Below, one piece after another: positions 39,371 to 49,635 of a stretch of 64,000 bases of DNA. The notes beneath the pieces were generated by a model. The model saw only the letters and a program-made list of their open reading frames with translations, searched no databases and was not told the DNA's origin. A program made the translations under genes and the position numbers. Source of the stretch: Chitinophagaceae bacterium (GTDB lineage Bacteria > Bacteroidota > Bacteroidia > Chitinophagales > Chitinophagaceae); assembly GCA_051004255.1 (NCBI GenBank), contig JBPCKN010000012.1, forward strand, positions 23,119 through 87,118, read 5' to 3'. The stretch's first letter is position 1. Every line of letters begins with the position of its first letter.

Positions 39371-40027
39371 ATGCAATTCGAAGAAATTAAATCAAAAATT
39401 GAAGAATACAAAAGCAATAAACTAAAGCTTTTTACAACTTCATCTTTTCAAACGCACAGCATTGTGTTGCTGCACATGCTGAGCAAAATTGATAAAACAA
39501 TTCCGGTTTATTTTATTCATACGGGTTATCATTTTCCTGAAACTCTTTTTTATCGCGACCAAATTTCCGAACTGCTTGAATTAAATTTGAAAAATGTTTT
39601 TTCGTCAACTGCAAAAATTAATCAGCGCGATGTAAACGGAAAACTTTTATTTGCAAGCGATCCGGATTATTGCTGTTACTTAAATAAAGTTGCGCCGCTC
39701 GAACCCATTCTTGCAGAACATGATATTTGGATAAACGGCGTGCGTGCAGACCAGGGCGAAATGCGCAAAAATTTTCAGGTGGAAGAAAAAGCAAAATTTG
39801 GCGTAACGCGTTTTCATCCGATGCTCGACTGGAATGCAAAAATGATTTACAATTATCTGCAAGAAAATAATATTCCGCATCATCCTTTGGAAGAGCAGGG
39901 ATATTTCAGCATTGGCTGCGAACCCTGCACAAGCAAATGGGGCGCTGAAGTTGAAAACCGCGGCGGGCGCTGGTTTGGGCTTAAAAAAACCGAATGCGGA
40001 CTGAACACCGAATTAGTTTCAAAATAA
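39371..40027 (+). CDS. cysH: Phosphoadenosine phosphosulfate (PAPS/APS) reductase
   Basis: PP-loop-like region and the C-terminal ECGL motif (KKTECGLN). Confidence 0.8.
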   Translation: MQFEEIKSKIEEYKSNKLKLFTTSSFQTHSIVLLHMLSKIDKTIPVYFIHTGYHFPETLFYRDQISELLELNLKNVFSSTAKINQRDVNGKLLFASDPDYCCYLNKVAPLEPILAEHDIWINGVRADQGEMRKNFQVEEKAKFGVTRFHPMLDWNAKMIYNYLQENNIPHHPLEEQGYFSIGCEPCTSKWGAEVENRGGRWFGLKKTECGLNTELVSK

Positions 40028-40033
40028 ATTTTA

Positions 40034-40954
40034 ATGCGAATTTTAATTACTGGCGGCGCAGGATATATCGGCACAGAACTCGTGAACAATCTTGCTTCAA
40101 TGCTAAATGTTGAAAGCATAATTATATACGATAATTTAAGTCGCGGTAATTATAATTTGTTTTTAGGAAAGTCAATCGCATCGCCGAAAATAAAATTTAT
40201 TCATGGCGAAATTCTGGATTCGCGCAGGCTGCGGCAGGTTCTAAAAAATGTAAATGTTGTTTATCATCTTGCTGCAAAAGTTTTAACGCCGTTTGCAAAT
40301 TTAGACGGTCATATTTTTGAGCAAACCAATCATTGGGGAACTGCAGAATTGGTTTATGCAATTGAAGAAAATCCTGTTCAGAAATTTATTTTCGCCAGCA
40401 GCGCGGCGGTTTACGGCAACACAAAAAATTTTGCAACCGAAGAAACAATTCCGCAGCCCGACAGTTTTTATTCCATTTCCAAACATCGCGCAGAAGCGCA
40501 TGTGCAGCGGCTTTTCAGCAAAATGAACACCATTATTTTGCGGCTCGGCAACGTGTATGGTTACAGCAAAAGCATGCGTTTCGATGCGGTCATCAATCGT
40601 TTCATGTTCGATGCGCATTACACCGGTCGCATTACAATTAACGGCTCGGGGCAGCAGCATCGCTCGTTCATTCACATTGACAAATTAACTTATGTTTTAT
40701 CGCAGTTGTTAAGCACCGAAATTGCCAGCGGCATTTACAATGTGGTTGACAAAAATTTAAGCATCTTAGACATTGCAGAAGTGCTCAAAAAAATTTATCC
40801 CAATATTGAATCATTTTTTATCAATCAAAATTACACGGGTCACAATTTGCAGGTTGAGCGAAAATCGAAACTAACCAAATTCCTTTCTTTGCCTGAAACA
40901 GATTTAGAGCAGGAATTAAATGCGTTTAAAGAACAGTTTTCGTTTCATTTTTAG
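40034..40954 (+). CDS. NAD-dependent epimerase/dehydratase (SDR)
   Basis: GGAGYIG Rossmann motif and a YxxxK-like YSISK. Confidence 0.8.
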   Translation: MRILITGGAGYIGTELVNNLASMLNVESIIIYDNLSRGNYNLFLGKSIASPKIKFIHGEILDSRRLRQVLKNVNVVYHLAAKVLTPFANLDGHIFEQTNHWGTAELVYAIEENPVQKFIFASSAAVYGNTKNFATEETIPQPDSFYSISKHRAEAHVQRLFSKMNTIILRLGNVYGYSKSMRFDAVINRFMFDAHYTGRITINGSGQQHRSFIHIDKLTYVLSQLLSTEIASGIYNVVDKNLSILDIAEVLKKIYPNIESFFINQNYTGHNLQVERKSKLTKFLSLPETDLEQELNAFKEQFSFHF

Positions 40955-40957
40955 AAG

Positions 40958-41018
40958 AATTATTATGGGACGAGCTTTTGTACTTCGTGGCATCGCCTGT
41001 TGCGTCGCACACTTGTGC
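40958..41018 (-). repeat. Bipartite intergenic element, copy J (reverse; starts 3 nt after the epimerase stop)
   Basis: AATTATTATGGGACGAGCTTTTG...GGCATCGCCTGTTGCGTCGCACACTTGTGC. Confidence 0.85.
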
Positions 41019-41084
41019 GGTGGGAAGTTTGGGCGGCTACCTAAAAAGGCAATGAATCATCTTCTTGTTCAACAACTGTCATAC

Positions 41085-41372
41085 TCAAATTTGTTTCATT
41101 AATTTCAACAGATATAGTTTCATCATTCGAAGATTTTTTATAATTAAATAAAAAAGAATGGCTGCTTTGGATACTAAATCCTGATAAAATTCAACACCAA
41201 AATAATTTGTCTGAACCTGCTCTATAATTGTTTCAAGTTTGCCAAAATATCTTGTTTCAAACGGAGGAATGTCTTCAGAAAAAACCGCATTGAATTCGAT
41301 AATCGAATTTGTAATCTCTCTAAAATCATCTATAGTTAAATAAATAATCTTAGAAGAATCACTCTCTATCAT
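41085..41372 (-). pseudogene. Truncated Doc/Fic-family toxin that ends just before the catalytic motif
   Basis: The N-terminal two thirds resemble Doc (LETIIEQVQTNYFGVEFYQDLVSKAAILFYLIIKN). The expected HxFx(D/E)GNKR is absent and the ORF stops 15 codons later. Confidence 0.55.
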
Positions 41373-41532
41373 AATTTCTCAACTTAGTAAGCAAAGGCGA
41401 TAACTTTTTTAATGCTTTTTTTGAAACAACAACTTTGCCATCAGTGCTTTTAGTATATCGCTTTTCTGTAAAAAGTCCGGATTTGCTATTTCTAACAATT
41501 ACATCACTTGAAAAATTTTTATTTTTAGCCAT
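41359..41532 (-). CDS. Small putative antitoxin upstream of the Doc remnant (57 aa, below the ORF-track cutoff)
   Basis: Hand translation gives MAKNKNFSSDVIVRNSKSGLFTEKRYTKSTDGKVVVSKKALKKLSPLLTKLRNYDRE. Its stop overlaps the Doc-like start by 14 nt. Confidence 0.4.
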   Translation of the reverse strand: MAKNKNFSSDVIVRNSKSGLFTEKRYTKSTDGKVVVSKKALKKLSPLLTKLRNYDRE

Positions 41533-41672
41533 GTGCTAAATTAAACAAATTTGTTTTAAAAATCACTCTCAAATTCGCACAATACACTTCGCCGTTGTTG
41601 TGTTCTCCGTTCTTTAATATTCAAAGTTTGCGGATTAGTTTAAAGTTTTTAAATTGTGTACAAAAATTTTTT

Positions 41673-41906
41673 ATGTCAACAAATGAATTAAAGGAATTGC
41701 TTATTGAAAAAATAAAAAATACAGAAGATGAAGTGCTTGGAGAAGCATACCGTTGTTTTGCACAGGAAATTGATGATACAGAAATATATGAATTGAGTGA
41801 TGAACAAAAAAGTGAAATTAATAAGGCGAGGTTAGAAATAAAAGAAAATAAATTTTTAACCAACGAGCAAGCCAATAAAGAAATTGATGAATGGCTAAAC
41901 AAATAA
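41673..41906 (+). CDS. Small acidic antitoxin-like protein
   Basis: 77 aa from the ATG at 41673 (MSTNELKELL...EIDEWLNK). Its end overlaps a RelE/ParE-like start. Confidence 0.45.
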   Translation: MSTNELKELLIEKIKNTEDEVLGEAYRCFAQEIDDTEIYELSDEQKSEINKARLEIKENKFLTNEQANKEIDEWLNK

Positions 41907-41953
41907 TTTGGTCTTTCAAAGCTCAAAACGAACGAAAAGAAATTTTGAGTTAA
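41891..41953 (+). pseudogene. 20-codon stub of a RelE/ParE-family toxin
   Basis: Hand translation gives MAKQIIWSFKAQNERKEILS-stop, which resembles the conserved N-terminus of Bacteroidota ParE/RelE toxins. It overlaps the preceding antitoxin-like ORF. Confidence 0.45.
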
Positions 41954-42046
41954 TAGAATGCCCGCCTAAAACTTCGCAAATCAATTTTCAAAGCTTTTAT
42001 CTTTACATAACTAAACAAAAAAACATCCACACAAAAAAAGATAACC

Positions 42047-42538
42047 ATGAACTATTCAGATGCATTTTTAAAAGAGCTCGAAGCAGAAACGCCTGCTTCG
42101 CGCAAATGCGTGGAAAGAATTCCCGAAACTTTATTTGGCTGGAAGCCGCATGAAAAATCTATGGCACTTGGTTATCTTACTTTGCTAGTCGCTGAAATTC
42201 TGCGATGGATACAGGTAGCACTAGAAGATAATGAAATTGACTTCGCAACATTTAAACACTTTCAACCAAAAAATACAGCAGAATTGGTTGCCAATTTTGA
42301 TGAAAATGTTAAGAAAGCTAAAAACGCACTAAGAGCTGCGAATGATGAAACGTTTTCAAAACATTTTGAATTAAAACGCAATGGTGAGCTTTTATTTAAA
42401 GTTCCAATGGTTGCAAATATTTCATCAACAATTAATCATTGGGTTCATCATCGCGGGCAGTTAACTGTGTATATGCGTTTAAATAATATTGCAGTTCCTT
42501 CTATTTACGGACCTTCTGCCGATGAAAGAACCTTTTAA
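42047..42538 (+). CDS. DinB-family (four-helix-bundle metalloenzyme-like) protein
   Basis: 163 aa with WVHHRGQLTVYMR, typical of the DinB_2 superfamily. Confidence 0.7.
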   Translation: MNYSDAFLKELEAETPASRKCVERIPETLFGWKPHEKSMALGYLTLLVAEILRWIQVALEDNEIDFATFKHFQPKNTAELVANFDENVKKAKNALRAANDETFSKHFELKRNGELLFKVPMVANISSTINHWVHHRGQLTVYMRLNNIAVPSIYGPSADERTF

Positions 42539-42636
42539 AATAAATTTGCGGGTTTATTTAAATAACATATCGAACAACAACGGATAAATTGTCAATTAAA
42601 GCTTTATTTGTCGTTGGTGTTTACCGGGCTAATTCC

Positions 42637-44961
42637 TTAATTTCCATACTCACATAAAAATTTAATGCGCATAATTTTTAACTGCTCCAAATCATAGCTG
42701 CTATCAGCCAATTCTTCCTGCGCAACTTCCAAAGATGAAGTTTCCGAACTGCGGAAATAATCAATAATTTCATCCTGCTCTTCTTCATCTAACATATCAT
42801 CAACCACATAATTAATATTGAGCTTTGTTCCGCTTGCAACAATGGTTTCCATCTCTTCAAGCAACATATCAATTTTTAAATCTTTATTGCGGGCAATGGT
42901 TTCGAGCGGAATTTTTTTATCTACATTTTGAATGATATAAATTTTATTGCTGCTTTTATTGGCAACGCTGCGCATTACAAAATCATCCGGTTTTTCAATA
43001 TCATTTTCCTCAACATATTTTTCAATCAATTCAATAAAAGGTTTGCCATAACGCAACGCTTTTCCTTTGCTTATTCCCTGGCATTTTTCTAATTCTTCCA
43101 TTGTTGTTGGATACATGGTTGCCATATCCTGCAAAGAAGATTCAAGAAAAATTACAAATGGCGGAAGATTTTTTTTCTTTGCTTCCTGCTGGCGGATGCT
43201 TTTCAGTATTTCTAAAAGTGTTTCATCTGCCGCTGCTGAAGAGCCTGCACCATTTTCGCCTTCATCGTCATCAGCATTTGCGTCTTCAAATAAATTGTTG
43301 AGTGCAATTTTGAATGAAGTTGGCTTTTTAAGAAACTTTTCTCCTTTCGGTGTTAGTTTTAATAAACCATATTCTTCAATATCTTTTCGCAGAAGAGTTG
43401 CCAGCAACATCTGGCGAATTAAACTGTTCCAAAAATGTTCATCTTTATCTTTTCCGCTTCCGAACACATCCAGTTTTTCGTGCTGGTACATATTAATTTG
43501 CGGTGTAAGTTTTCCGATTAAAATGTTAGATACATATTCTATAATAAATTTTTCACCTAAAGCTTTTACAGTTTTCAACACTTTTACAGCTTCATCTTTT
43601 GCTTCAACTCTTTCTTTCGGATGCAAACAATTATCGCAATTACCGCAATTTTCATCGCCCCATTCTTCACCAAAATAATGCATTAAAACTTTGCGTCGGC
43701 AAATGGAAGTTTCGGCATAAGCCAAAGTTTCATTTATTAACTGCGCACCAATTTCGCGCTCAGTTAAAGGCTTATCGCGCATCAAATGTTCGAGTTTTGC
43801 AAGGTCTTTATGCGAATAATAAAGCAAACATTTTCCTTCCAAGCCATCACGACCGGCACGGCCTGTTTCCTGGTAATAATTTTCGATTGATTTTGGAATA
43901 TTAAAATGAATTACAAAACGAATATCGGGCTTATCAATTCCCATCCCAAACGCAATAGTAGCAACGATTACCTGCACATCCTCATTCAAAAATTGGTCTT
44001 GTCTTTCAGCGCGAAGTTTACTATCTAATCCTGCATGATAAGCTACTGCTTTTATATTATTTGCAACTAACAGTTCTGCAAGTTCTTCAGTAGTTTTTCT
44101 GTTGAGCGTATAAATAATTCCGCTTTTCCCTTTGTTTTGAGAGATGAATCGCACAATGCTTTTTACTGTTTGCTCTTTATTAATTTTTGGTAAAATTTCA
44201 TAGTAAAGATTTGGGCGATTGAATGATGAAATAAAAATATTTGGATTGCGCAGCCCAAGGTTTTTTACAATATCACTTTGTACTTTTGGTGTTGCAGTTG
44301 CTGTAAGTGCAATTACTGCAACATTCGGATTGATGATATCCATCATGTCGCGCAAGCGGCGATATTCCGGACGAAAATCATGACCCCACTCTGAAATACA
44401 ATGCGCTTCATCAACTGCAAAAAAAGATATTTTTAAATCGCTGAAAAAATCGAGGTTTTCTTGCTTGGTTAATGTTTCAGGAGCAACATATAAAAGCTTT
44501 GTTTTCCCTGCCAATAAATCTTCTTTTACTTCTTTTATTTGTCCTTTATTAAGTGATGAATTTAAGAAATGCGCAACGTCATCTTTTTCGCTATAACTTC
44601 TCACCAAATCAACCTGGTTTTTCATTAAAGCAATTAGCGGACTTACCACAATTGCACAACCTTCAAGTATCATAGCAGGCAATTGATAACATAAACTTTT
44701 GCCGCCGCCGGTTGGCATAATAACAAATGTATCGTTGCCATTTAGTAAACTGTGTATTGCTTCTTCCTGACCACCTTTAAATTGTTCAAAACCAAAACTC
44801 GATTGCAAATGCACATGAATATTATGGAGATGCAAAATGCTGCCATTTTTATTTTCTACAGAAATAATTTCCACAGAACTTTTATCGGTGCTCTTTTTTC
44901 CTGCTGCATTTTTTGAAGTTGTTTTAACCACCTTTGTGGCTTTTTTTGTAATGGTTGCCAT
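42637..44961 (-). CDS. recQ: ATP-dependent DNA helicase RecQ with a basic N-terminal extension
   Basis: MPTGGGKSLCYQLPA, DEAHCISEWGHDFRPEY, a zinc-binding CxxC cluster (CGNCDNC), and a C-terminal HRDC-like region. Confidence 0.92.
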   Translation of the reverse strand: MATITKKATKVVKTTSKNAAGKKSTDKSSVEIISVENKNGSILHLHNIHVHLQSSFGFEQFKGGQEEAIHSLLNGNDTFVIMPTGGGKSLCYQLPAMILEGCAIVVSPLIALMKNQVDLVRSYSEKDDVAHFLNSSLNKGQIKEVKEDLLAGKTKLLYVAPETLTKQENLDFFSDLKISFFAVDEAHCISEWGHDFRPEYRRLRDMMDIINPNVAVIALTATATPKVQSDIVKNLGLRNPNIFISSFNRPNLYYEILPKINKEQTVKSIVRFISQNKGKSGIIYTLNRKTTEELAELLVANNIKAVAYHAGLDSKLRAERQDQFLNEDVQVIVATIAFGMGIDKPDIRFVIHFNIPKSIENYYQETGRAGRDGLEGKCLLYYSHKDLAKLEHLMRDKPLTEREIGAQLINETLAYAETSICRRKVLMHYFGEEWGDENCGNCDNCLHPKERVEAKDEAVKVLKTVKALGEKFIIEYVSNILIGKLTPQINMYQHEKLDVFGSGKDKDEHFWNSLIRQMLLATLLRKDIEEYGLLKLTPKGEKFLKKPTSFKIALNNLFEDANADDDEGENGAGSSAAADETLLEILKSIRQQEAKKKNLPPFVIFLESSLQDMATMYPTTMEELEKCQGISKGKALRYGKPFIELIEKYVEENDIEKPDDFVMRSVANKSSNKIYIIQNVDKKIPLETIARNKDLKIDMLLEEMETIVASGTKLNINYVVDDMLDEEEQDEIIDYFRSSETSSLEVAQEELADSSYDLEQLKIMRIKFLCEYGN

Positions 44962-45169
44962 GTTAATTAAATGTTTCCTTCTTTATTTTTTCGAGATTGA
45001 ATACGGATTAAAATACAACTTTTTTAAATACCGAACAATAAAAATTAAATTTTTCATTGAAAATGACCAATTAAAAAGTTATAAAAATTAATACATTTTC
45101 AATTTTATGGATAACGAAATTACTTATTGAAAACTTTATTAACAGACACTTTGTTGTTAAAGTTTACCT

Positions 45170-46144
45170 TTGCGCCGCATGAACTCAAAAATAAAAAATG
45201 TTGCCTTACATGCTATACAATCCGAAGCCGAATCGGTAGCCACGCTTGCAGATTTTATAAATGATGATTTTGAAAATGCGGTTAAAGTTATTCATCAATC
45301 AAAAGGCCGCGTTGTTATTAGCGGTATTGGTAAAAGCGCAATTATCGCACAAAAAATTGCAGCTACATTAAATTCCACCGGAACGGCTGCATTGTTTATG
45401 CATGCAGCAGATGCCATCCATGGCGATTTAGGAATGGTTCAAAAAAAAGATATTGTAATTGTGGTGAGCAAAAGTGGAGAAAGCCCTGAAATAAAATTGT
45501 TAACTCCTCTCATCAAAAATTTTGGAAATACACTAATAGCTATTTTAGGAAACATGAATTCTTATTTAGCTAATCATGCTGATATTATTTTAAATACAAC
45601 AGTAAATAAAGAAGCATGCCTTAATAATTTAGCGCCCACCAGCAGTACAACTGTACAAATGGTAATGGGTGATGCCCTTGCAATTTGTTTGATGGAATTG
45701 AATGGTTTTACGGGAAAAGATTTTGCGAGATATCATCCCGGCGGCAATTTGGGTAAACGTTTGTATTTGCGTGTGAATGATATTTACAAACAAAATGAAA
45801 AACCAAAAGTATTTGACGAAACTTCACTCAAAGAAATTATTATTGAAATTTCACAAGGCAGATTGGGAGCAACCGCAGTACTAAATAAACACAATAAAAT
45901 TATTGGTATAATTACCGATGGCGATGTGCGCAGAATGTTAGAGAAAACGGATAATCTTAGCAATATTATTGCAGCCGATATTTTAACCGCTAACCCAAAA
46001 ACCATTCAGCCGGATGCAATGGCTATTGAAGCTTTGGAAACACTGCGTGTTTTTGATATCAGCCAGTTAATTGTAACCGATGCTGCAAATAAATATTTAG
46101 GAATTATACATTTGCACGATTTATTAAAAGAAGGAATTATATAA
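45170..46144 (+). CDS. kpsF: Arabinose-5-phosphate isomerase (KpsF/GutQ family; SIS plus CBS pair)
   Basis: SIS motif GIGKSAIIAQKIAATLNSTG and a C-terminal CBS pair. The true start is probably the ATG at 45179. Confidence 0.85.
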   Translation: MRRMNSKIKNVALHAIQSEAESVATLADFINDDFENAVKVIHQSKGRVVISGIGKSAIIAQKIAATLNSTGTAALFMHAADAIHGDLGMVQKKDIVIVVSKSGESPEIKLLTPLIKNFGNTLIAILGNMNSYLANHADIILNTTVNKEACLNNLAPTSSTTVQMVMGDALAICLMELNGFTGKDFARYHPGGNLGKRLYLRVNDIYKQNEKPKVFDETSLKEIIIEISQGRLGATAVLNKHNKIIGIITDGDVRRMLEKTDNLSNIIAADILTANPKTIQPDAMAIEALETLRVFDISQLIVTDAANKYLGIIHLHDLLKEGII

Positions 46145-46180
46145 AACTAATATTCTACATAAAAACCTAAAGCAAAAATT

Positions 46181-47263
46181 ATGAACAAACATCACTACGT
46201 AGCAATTATGGCTGGTGGCATCGGAAGCCGTTTTTGGCCAAAAAGCAGAACATCATTTCCAAAACAATTTATTGATATTTTAAACACTGGGCAAACGCCC
46301 ATCCAGGCTACGTTTGAGCGTTTTAAAAAATTTATTCCTGTTGAAAATATTTTTATAGTTACTTCAAACGAATATACTTCTATCATAAAAAAGCAATTGC
46401 CCGAAATTAATGAATCGAATATTTTAGCCGAGCCAAGCAGAAAAAATACTGCGCCCTGCATTGCGTATATTTCTTTTAAATTATTGCAAAAGGATGAAAA
46501 CAGTGTTTTAATTGTTGCCCCAAGTGACCATGTGGTTTTAGATACGGATGAATTTAAAAGAGTTGCATTAGAGGCGCTTGATTTTGCAACACATTTAAAG
46601 GCAATTGTTACACTCGGCATAAAACCAACTTATCCAAACACAGGCTACGGCTACATTCAGCACGATTTAATGGCAGTGGCTGATAATGTTTATAAAGTAA
46701 AAACTTTTACCGAAAAACCGAATCTCGATCTTGCAAAAACATTTTTATCGAGCGGCGATTTTTTGTGGAATGCAGGAATTTTTGTTTGGAAGGTAAAAAA
46801 TATTGTAAAAGCCTTCGAACAATATCAACCCGAAATGTACGATTTGTTTATGGGCGAGAAAGAAAATTTTAATAGTCCTGAAGAACAAAAAGCTATTGAA
46901 CGAATTTATCCGCTGTGTTCGAGTATTTCTATTGACTATGCAATTATGGAAAAAGCAAATAATGTATATGTTATTCCCGCATCTTTTGGCTGGAGCGATT
47001 TAGGCACATGGAACAGCGCTTACGAAAATCTTGAAAAAGATTATTTAGGAAATGCAGTTGCAGGCGATAAAGTAATGGTTATTGATGCAACAAAATGCAT
47101 GATCTCCGCATCAAATAATAAATTATTAGTTCTGCAAGGTTTAGATGATTTTGTTGTTGTTGATACAAAAGATGTTTTACTTATTTGTAAAAAAGATAAA
47201 GAACAGGAAATTAAAGAATACGTAGCTGAAGTAAAACGCAATATAGGCGATCAATATTTATAA
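46181..47263 (+). CDS. manC: Mannose-1-phosphate guanylyltransferase
   Basis: MAGGIGSRFWPKSR nucleotidyltransferase motif, 360 aa. Confidence 0.85.
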   Translation: MNKHHYVAIMAGGIGSRFWPKSRTSFPKQFIDILNTGQTPIQATFERFKKFIPVENIFIVTSNEYTSIIKKQLPEINESNILAEPSRKNTAPCIAYISFKLLQKDENSVLIVAPSDHVVLDTDEFKRVALEALDFATHLKAIVTLGIKPTYPNTGYGYIQHDLMAVADNVYKVKTFTEKPNLDLAKTFLSSGDFLWNAGIFVWKVKNIVKAFEQYQPEMYDLFMGEKENFNSPEEQKAIERIYPLCSSISIDYAIMEKANNVYVIPASFGWSDLGTWNSAYENLEKDYLGNAVAGDKVMVIDATKCMISASNNKLLVLQGLDDFVVVDTKDVLLICKKDKEQEIKEYVAEVKRNIGDQYL

Positions 47264-47312
47264 AAATTTATGTGGAATTAGTGCAACAAATTCTAACTAA
47301 ATAAAATATTTT

Positions 47313-47335
47313 AAAACCACCTTTCGGGTGGTTTT
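47313..47335. terminator. Bidirectional hairpin terminator between manC (+) and the DUF1328 gene (-)
   Basis: AAAACCACC-TTTCG-GGTGGTTTT: a perfect 9-bp stem flanked by A/T runs on both strands. Confidence 0.7.
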
Positions 47336-47369
47336 AAAGTAACAATTAAAATTAAAAATGAAAACAATT

Positions 47370-47531
47370 TTAAGGAGTACCACGTCCACGAATAAGCGAT
47401 AATAAAAACAAAACAATGAAAATAAAGAACAGAACTTTTGCTATTCCCGCAGCGCTTTCTGAAATTCCTCCAAAGCCGAATATCGCCGCTATAATAGCAA
47501 CAACAAGAAAGATAATTGTCCAGCGTAACAT
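47370..47531 (-). CDS. DUF1328/UPF0391 small membrane protein (53 aa, below the ORF-track cutoff)
   Basis: Hand translation gives [53 protein letters not shown], the characteristic family pattern. Confidence 0.7.
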   Translation of the reverse strand: MLRWTIIFLVVAIIAAIFGFGGISESAAGIAKVLFFIFIVLFLLSLIRGRGTP

Positions 47532-47671
47532 GGGCTTAAGTTTTAAAGGTGAATAAACTTATTTATCAAAAAAGGTCATAAAACGTGCCAATAAATGTAT
47601 AAAAAAATTATGAGTTATTTTTATTTTTAATTTAAAAAATTATTGATTACTGTTTCAACTTAAACATAAAC

Positions 47672-48751
47672 ATGCCATTGATAAAAACCATAATAACGGG
47701 CACTGGTAGTTACATTCCGCCACATATAAAAACAAACAGAGATTTTACAATACATAATTTTTATGGCGAAGATCATCAGCGTATAGAAGCTTCACCGCAA
47801 AATATTGTAGAAAAATTCGAATCAATTACCGGCATTCGCGAAAGACGTTATGCACCTGCTGAAATGAATGATTCGGATATTGCAACTATTGCCGCAAAAT
47901 TAGCTGTTGAAGATGCAAAGATTGATCCCGAAAATTTAGATCAAATTATTTTTGCACATAATTTTGGCAATGTAATTAAACATACTATTCAAACCGATGC
48001 AGTTCCTTCGCTGGCATCAAGAGTAAAAAATTCTTTGGGCATAAAAAATCCATCTTGTGTTCCATACGATATTTTGTTTGGGTGCCCCGGCTGGCTGCAG
48101 GGATTAATTCAGGCTGATGCTTTTTTTAAAGCCGGCGTTGCAAAAAAATGTTTGATAATTGGCGCTGAAACTTTGAGCCGCGTTTTAGATATGTATGACA
48201 GAGACAGCATGATCTTCAGCGATGGCGCTGGCGCCTGTATTGCTGAAGCGAAGGCTGAAGAAGAAGTCGGCAGCGGTATTTTAGGCATCGCCGTTCAATC
48301 GCATTGTGAAGAAGAAGCTTATTATATTTATCTCGGAAAATCGAATTTTCCAAATTCCGATCCGCGAATTCGCTATATAAAAATGAAAGGCCGCAAAGTG
48401 TATGAATATGCTCTTAAATATGTGCCTGAAGCAATGAAATCCTGCCTCGATAAAAGCGGCGTTGCAATTACTGAATTAAAAAAAATATTTATTCATCAGG
48501 CAAATGAAAAAATGGATGAAGCCATCATTAAACATTTTTATAAATTATACGGCATTAATAATATTCCCGAAAATATTATGCCGATGAATATTCATGAATT
48601 TGGTAACAGTTCGGTTGCCACCATTCCTACTTTACTCGATATGGTTCTCAAAGGAAATTTGCCTGAACACAATTTATCAAAAGGCGATGTAATAATTTTT
48701 GCTTCCGTTGGCGCAGGGATGAATATTAATGCAGTATGTTATAGAATGTAA
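47672..48751 (+). CDS. FabH-like 3-oxoacyl-ACP synthase III family protein
   Basis: Catalytic Cys context FGCPGW, HQAN, and GNSSVATIP (the Cys-His-Asn triad pattern). Confidence 0.75.
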   Translation: MPLIKTIITGTGSYIPPHIKTNRDFTIHNFYGEDHQRIEASPQNIVEKFESITGIRERRYAPAEMNDSDIATIAAKLAVEDAKIDPENLDQIIFAHNFGNVIKHTIQTDAVPSLASRVKNSLGIKNPSCVPYDILFGCPGWLQGLIQADAFFKAGVAKKCLIIGAETLSRVLDMYDRDSMIFSDGAGACIAEAKAEEEVGSGILGIAVQSHCEEEAYYIYLGKSNFPNSDPRIRYIKMKGRKVYEYALKYVPEAMKSCLDKSGVAITELKKIFIHQANEKMDEAIIKHFYKLYGINNIPENIMPMNIHEFGNSSVATIPTLLDMVLKGNLPEHNLSKGDVIIFASVGAGMNINAVCYRM

Positions 48752-48811
48752 ATTTTTTTACATTCTCTGTTATTGAAAATTTTTTTTATTATTTTTTTCT
48801 ATTTGAAAAAT

Positions 48812-49465
48812 TTATTTTGGAATACTATCCGCACGAATTATCGTATCTTTTTTATTTGCAGAATTTTTTAAAGAATCAACGCTTTTAGAAAGCGTATCCA
48901 GCCTGTATTTCAGCGTATCACTTGCGGAAGGTTGCTGCACATTAGGTGCATTGGCTGTAGCCTGATCAAGATTTTTTAAGCTTGCATCCATCCAGGAATC
49001 TATTTTAGATTTCCAGGAAAGTGCTTTTATTTTATTCATCCATCCAATTACATTTAAATCGATCGTCCAGGTAATTTTTGTTCCGTTGCCTGTATTTTCC
49101 AGCAAAAAAGTATTGTTTGATTTGCCGTAAATATCAAAATTTATATCTGCCTTTAATTGCGAATAAGGTTGTGATGTTTGTATTAACACATTTCCTGTTT
49201 TTGTATCAGGCACCTGGCTGTTCCAGTTTAGCGCGGCGCCTGCACCGCTTTCCGGTCCGTTAAATGTTATTTTATTGGATGGATCCTGTTGCAGCCATGC
49301 AGCCCATTTATTCCATTCGCCGGTTGCATTAATGTATTGAAAAACCGGCTCCGGCGCGGCTTTCAGCACCATTGTTTTTTCGATATGAATGGTTGAAGGA
49401 AGAAAATAAATTATTACAGCAGCAACTATAATAAGCACTAATAAAAAGGTGAAAAATGTTCTCAT
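48812..49465 (-). CDS. Membrane-anchored SRPBCC-like protein
   Basis: N-terminal TM helix. The remainder resembles the polyketide-cyclase/SRPBCC fold family, but the assignment is weak. Confidence 0.4.
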   Translation of the reverse strand: MRTFFTFLLVLIIVAAVIIYFLPSTIHIEKTMVLKAAPEPVFQYINATGEWNKWAAWLQQDPSNKITFNGPESGAGAALNWNSQVPDTKTGNVLIQTSQPYSQLKADINFDIYGKSNNTFLLENTGNGTKITWTIDLNVIGWMNKIKALSWKSKIDSWMDASLKNLDQATANAPNVQQPSASDTLKYRLDTLSKSVDSLKNSANKKDTIIRADSIPK

Positions 49466-49572
49466 AAATAAAATTAGTTTATAATAATTGTAACTTAATA
49501 TTTATAACGTGAATGTAATAAATTAATGCATTGTTTAAAATTTTAAAAGCAATTGTTGAAAAAAGTTATACA

Positions 49573-49631
49573 GTACAAGAGTGCGACGCAACGATGTTTA
49601 ATAATAGTACGAAAGTTAGGCTAAAAAAAAA
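49573..49631 (+). repeat. Bipartite intergenic element, copy K (A-run ends 4 nt from the stop of minus-strand ald)
   Basis: GTACAAGAGTGCGACGCAACGATGTTTAAT...GAAAGTTAGGCTAAAAAAAAA. Confidence 0.9.
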
Positions 49632-49635
49632 TCAT

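Noticed and set aside
48743-48766. The hairpin AGAATGTAAA-TTTT-TTTACATTCT overlapping the FabH-like stop, as a terminator
   Set aside because: The stem is purely AT-rich and is not followed by a T-run, so the evidence is too weak to annotate it.
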